Positions 58,681 through 64,000 of a stretch of DNA of 64,000 nt are shown piece by piece. Location of the stretch: positions 11,699,009-11,763,008 of the forward strand of contig MU058781.1 of the NCBI GenBank assembly GCA_013265495.1. The letters are read 5' to 3'. This DNA is from Vicugna vicugna. Taxonomy: Eukaryota. The stretch's first letter is position 1; each line of letters opens with the position of its first letter. The position numbers were made by a program, and so were the translations under genes. Under the pieces are notes generated by a model that worked only from the letters and a program-made list of their open reading frames with translations, had not been told where the DNA came from and ran no database searches.

Positions 58681-59678
58681 TCCTTATCCGTAATTTCTTA
58701 ATTAGATTATTTCAGTTTTGTTCTAAATGGGAAGATGTTCAGTATTCTGTACACAGGGATGTAAACTCCAGGAAGGCTGAGACATATGGTATCTGCTGCA
58801 TGGTAGGTGCCCAGTAAATATCTGGTGAATGAAGGAATGCCTTATTTCAAAGTGGGAAAATTTACCTTCTGTTCCCTGTGATATCCAATTACTATGTAGA
58901 CAAAAGATGTGAAACTGTTTCCAAGGGTCACAAGTCCATGAAAGGAAAAATCAAATTAATGGTGCATATAAGTATAAAAAAGCAACTTAAGGAGCTCTGT
59001 TTTGCTGTTTTTAATCCTATGCAAAAGCAGAGGGCATATTTCCATTTATTCAGATCATCGCAATTATTATGGTTTTGAAAATTCCCGTTTTCATAATGGT
59101 CCTATGTATGCTCAGCTAACTCTTAGACATTTTCTACTGGCTGCCTCCATTGTAATTGGTGTAATTGTCATTATATTTTTGGATCAGTTATTTCTGGTAG
59201 AGCGAAAGGTAACCAATTTTTAAAAAATTGTTCAACTACAATTTAAGTTTGCCAGATTGCCTCTGGAAAGTTTCTTCTAGTGGCAAGACCTTGGGAGTTT
59301 TGAGTTAGACTTATGAGAAGTACTTCTGGTACGCATGACTATTAATGATGGTGGTAACAGTTAGGCTGCACCGGCAGGACAAAAAACTAAAGAAAAAAAA
59401 GACATTATTCCAGCACATCTTTTCACTGTAAACTTCACATCTTTCTCTCTCATCAACTCTTTACAAATTTTTATTTTGAAATAAAGTATAGAATAAAAAT
59501 AAAATAGACTGACAGGAGTTTGCATTAATAGTCGGGTCCCCTGGACCCTTCAACTAGCTTCTCCCCATAGTGACATGTATGTCATTTTGTTAATGTATTA
59601 CAGTATCAAAACCAGGAAGCTGACATTCGTACTAGAGTACAAATTTGATTTTGATGTCACCAGTTGGTATGAGCACCC

Positions 59679-59680
<2 letters not shown>

Positions 59681-59718
<38 letters not shown>
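59681..59718. repeat. (GT)19 microsatellite
   Basis: Read directly. Confidence 0.95.
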
Positions 59719-59721
<3 letters not shown>

Positions 59722-59759
59722 CCACCTTTTAAAAAGTGCATCATATCTTCCCATTGCTC

Positions 59760-60245
59760 CTAGGAGAAAGAACAAAATTTCTAACATGGCCTGAGGTGTG
59801 ACACACAGGAACCCAGCATCAATTCCTCCAGCTGGTTTTGAACTCTGTTCTTTCTCCTAATGACACCTGGCCTTCTTTCATTTCCTCAAATGCAACCCTA
59901 TACCTAGAATATACTTCCTGCTGCCTTCTTCACAGACTTAAGTCTTCTCTTCCTTTTGATCTCAGTTTAATCATCATTTCCACTGGGAAATCTTCCCTAA
60001 CTCCACAAAGAAGGTCAAACCCTACTATTACACATTCTCATAGCTCCATGTACCTTTCTTTTATGTGACTTCTCAAACTTTTAATTTCATCTTGAACTAT
60101 GAGATTAATTAATATCTGTATTCCCTAAAAATAACTGACAGTCACATGAGGGAAGGAACCCTGCCTGTGTGAATTTGCCATGGCACCCTTAGAGCCTAGC
60201 ACACGTGAAGATTCCAATCTATATTTGTTGAAAAAATAACTGAAC
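59760..60245 (+). mobile_element. L2 3' fragment
   Basis: aacaaaatttctaacatggcct...agagcctagcacacgtgaag...atatttgttgaaaaaataactga. Confidence 0.6.
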
Positions 60246-61481
60246 ATGGCAATTAGAGGCCTGCAACAATGATTCCTACAAAACCTTTTATATGAACCTA
60301 GGATTTATACAAGCCATCATCCTTAGAATATGTTTAGAATGGGTTCATGTTTATTCAAGAACTAGTATGTATCCAAATGCTACATTGACATTTTAAAAAT
60401 TAAGTATCCTACAAATAGTGCCCCCATTATGACTAGGTGATAATCTCAAGGTTTATTTGAACTGCAATTGATATTGCCCCATAGAAACAAGTTATAAACA
60501 GCAATTAAGTTCTAATCCGGTCAACAAAAACTTCTATTTGCTCTCAAGAAGTCAGCATTTTACTGTTAGCAGCTGTAAGATTGACTGCAATTTTGAGCCA
60601 TGAATTTAGGGTACATTTTAGTCCAGCACCCCTCAACTCCAATCCCTGTGTCCTCCAGGCTCTTCTAGCCCTGAATCTTTATCATCTCTTCTGGTCTTAA
60701 AATTTTCTGAGACCTGACCAAAGCAGCAGGTAATGGATTGGCTGAAGGAAATTTCCAAAGACAAGATCTGTTGGCAGCTAGAGGGAAAAATAGGGGAAAT
60801 CTACAGAAAAGGAGATCTCACCAGTGATGGGACTGGATGCAGTGGACAGGGCTGGGAGAGCGGGGGCTCTGGCAGAGAGAATAGTCAGGGCATGCAGGGC
60901 TTGGGGAAGGCGAGCTCACTCAGTACCCAAATAACTGGGTGAGTGCTGAACCAGATGTTCCTGAGACAGTGCGTACCATACCTCCAAAAATTATTTAGCA
61001 TCATGAACTCCACCCCACCCCCCACCAAGAGCTCCCAGCTCTTGTCCCTTTTCACCAGAAGAAGTGATGACAAACTACCAAAAATATCAATCCTAGATTT
61101 AATAGGAAAAAAAAAAAACAAACAACATTAAACTGTACCTTTGTTCCATGCCAGGTAGAAAGGGGCCCAACAGCTCCTTCGAGAAAGTAGAAACACAGTG
61201 AGATTGAAATCTTCTTTTAAATGATGTTTAGAATTTCTAGAATGGCTGCAGCCTGGAAATGTCAATTTGCTTGGTAACAAATTGGATTTGATTTCTTTGG
61301 AGCCAGAAAACATTCTAAAAGCAACTACGAGAGCACAGCAGGTAAGTATGAACTCCGTCAGCCAATGGAAATTTCAGTTGTCTTCAACATCTGCCAAGTT
61401 TCGTGTCACTTTCCGGGCTCCACCCAGTATAGCCTGGAAATTTTAGATAAGCACCTAATTCACTGCCAGTGCTGAAGTATG

Positions 61482-61483
<2 letters not shown>

Positions 61484-61513
<30 letters not shown>
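61484..61513. repeat. (GT)15 microsatellite
   Basis: Read directly. Confidence 0.95.
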
Positions 61514-61514
<1 letters not shown>

Positions 61515-62459
61515 GTAGACCCACGAATGGGGAGAAAGAGGAAAAGCATTAAAAAGGAATTAATATCTGGCTCCCCTCAACCTCTCCGTACTCTTCTGAA
61601 ACTGAGTCAGCCTGTCACATACATATACACACACTGATTTTTTTTAATGCCATAAGAATAATCTCTTTATTAGAAAAGATCGGACTTCTGAAGAATCTCT
61701 CTCCTTTGGGTGTCGAGTCTAGTTCCGACCACAGTTTGTTCCTGATTCCTACACTCTTCTGAATTTCTGTCTTCCCAGCTCCTAGGGCCCTAACCTGTAT
61801 CAGTTCAGGGTCCGAGCCTGGATCTCCTGAGAAGTCCGTGGTCCTTTTCTTGGTTTATTGCCTCTTATTTGACAAATATGCTTTTGTCAACTTTTGTCAA
61901 TTGGTTGCTCAATATTCCAGCCCTAGCAAACAGGTTTTCTGAGGTTCTTTAAACAGGCACCATAAAGGGAAGGACTCTCTGATGTTTTGTCTGCCCATCT
62001 AGTTTTCAAAACTCATATCAAGTCCTTCCTCCTGCATGAAAGTCATTCACTTCATTTCTTACTGATTTTTCTTTCTTCTGAATTCCCAGTGAATTCTGCA
62101 CCTCACAATTTGCACTTTAGCAAAAGTAATACAAAGTTCTCTCAATATTTTATTTGTGTTGGTCTTATCTATCAGATTGTATACTTCTGGAGTGCAGGGA
62201 ATGTGACTTAGGACTAGTATTCACCATGGTGCTAACGTGATGTATAAGCAAACTCAATGACAAATTCCCAGTAAAGTCCAAGAGGCCAGTTTTAACCACA
62301 CCTGTTCTAGTTGGAGAAATGTCTGTTAATAGGATAAAGGGAGAAAGGGCTTCTACATGAGGCAATTCTTCTAGTTAACAACTGGCCCTGAAAGTATTCT
62401 TTTCCTCCCCAAATCAAGAAGGTCTTGCAAAGTCTTCTTTCTCTAGTTCTAGAAGACAT

Positions 62460-63060
62460 CACATGATATTTTTTCAATTGAGGCATAGCTTAGAGTAAGT
62501 AAGGTGCACTAATCTTGAATGTACATAGGTATATACTCACGTAACACCTCCATGTCAAGGTACAGAACATTCCTAGTACTCCAGAAAATTCCCTCCCAGG
62601 CAATACCCACTCAAACAGGAGCCACCCTTCTAAACTCTATCACCATGGGTTAGTTATGCCTACTCTTGAATTTTATATAAAAAGAATCATGTAGTTATAT
62701 ATTTGGCTTTTGCTCCCACTATCATGACTGTGGGATTTACCCATATTGTTTCACATAGCAGCAATGTGTTCCTTTTCATTGCTGTGTAGTATTTTATTGT
62801 GTAAACACACTACATTTTCTTTATCCTACTATTGTTATATATTTGGATTTTTTTTCTTGTTTTGGATATTTGATTAAATGTGCTATAAACATTCTTGTGC
62901 ATAACTTTTGGTGGACATAAGCATCTCCAGAGTTGTGTTTCTGAGTCAAATGGTACATAAACATTAACTTCGGTAGACACTGTCAACCAATTTTCTGATG
63001 AGGTTGTACCAACTTATGCTCCCAGTAGCAAATGCGAGAGTTCCTGTTGTGATAGCACAG
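62460..63060 (-). mobile_element. Old L1 (L1M) 3' region
   Basis: attgaggcatagctt...ccttttcattgctgtgtagtattttattgtg...gctataaacattcttgtgcataacttttggtggacataagc. Confidence 0.75.
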
Positions 63061-64000
63061 CTTTTGGTACTAGATAATTTTGCAGTGTTTTTTAGAGAGT
63101 GATTAGTCAGCCAGACATTGCCAGTTGCACGCTAAGCAACCATGAAGTTTTGTAATTGATTTATCAGCCCAAATACAAGCATACAGACAACCCAAGTGAA
63201 CTGGCACCCAAAGGTATCCTATAAGGAATGGATGCATCAGCAAAACAAACCTAAACCAGGTAAACAAAGAAGACTAGACAATCAGGAGTCTGTTATTTAC
63301 TCCTGGCCAACAGTGATGCACACATCTGAGAGAGGAGCACAAGTTAGTTCATGTCTGAACAGCGCCCTTTAGAGTCCATATTTTATTGCTGGAGGTTGTG
63401 TAGCTGCATATTTATTACATGTTTAATAAATTCTATACAAGCCTAAGGGAGGGAAAGGAAGCAGGAGACCACGAAAAGGAACTGAACAATTGCTGAGGGA
63501 ATAACATTAACTGCCAGAGGGACCCAGACCTCTGTTTAAAAATTAGAGAAATCAAAGAGGATGGAGAAAAATCAGCCGTTGGGGAAAACTAAAACAAAAC
63601 AAAACAAGTTGAGCAATCAGAGCAAAGATAACCTTCCCCAAGATGGATTTCATAAAACAAGAAAGAACTTCCATTTTTTTCATTAGTGTATCAAACTATA
63701 AAATTGGCCATTTTAATGGCAGGAACCCAAATCCAATCTACTGACTTCTCTTGAGGAGAGAACAGGTTTAGCAATACCTTTTTGACTTACTTAAGCGTTG
63801 ACAGAAAAACAAAGGAAACTCTTAGAATGCAGGAGAAGGAGCTACCGGAGTTAGCACAAACAGGCTGGAAGTGGAAGATCAGAAGAGAGACAGGGCTGTG
63901 TTGGAAGTCATCAAGAGGACCTGATCACTGATTGAGCTGGATCTGGCCAATGGGAGGCTCCTCATCCCCTCCCCATCCTTGGAATGTACATTTGCCCACT

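Noticed and set aside
1-64000. CRISPR arrays, prokaryote-type systems, rRNA, NUMT or intact retroviral genes
   Set aside because: None seen. The sequence is ordinary mammalian intron/intergenic DNA around one host gene.

Overview
Mammalian genomic DNA, almost certainly camelid (Camelus or Vicugna/Lama). The lineage call rests on eight copies of the camelid tRNA-derived SINE (Vic-1 type) and many cetartiodactyl L1 3' ends; the species cannot be fixed from sequence alone. There are two N gaps. The main feature is an intact CMAH gene (CMP-Neu5Ac hydroxylase, which makes Neu5Gc) on the minus strand. I reconstructed 15 coding exons by hand from 56456 down to 17750. All phases are consistent, giving a 1761-nt CDS (586 aa) with Rieske ligands C54/H56/C75/H78, the metallo-beta-lactamase HxHxDH motif, the 92-bp exon that humans lost, and a GC-AG first coding intron. 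The rest is mostly L1, L2, MIR, MLT1/LTR and MER repeats plus microsatellites. Left of CMAH is an orphan CpG-island promoter (about 11.8-12.2 kb) built on a 16-bp perfect palindrome. Below it, a chain of phase-compatible minus-strand exons (8.6 kb to 1.6 kb) could be an unannotated small gene or a decaying unitary pseudogene. This is the best candidate here for something undescribed, but it is a hand-built inference with no protein identified. Other second-look items are a regenerated donor at a CMAH exon junction (recursive-splice-like), an alternative CMAH terminal exon, and a tandem HIF/FoxO composite motif. Repeat names and boundaries are by eye and approximate; comparisons with other species come from memory and need checking.
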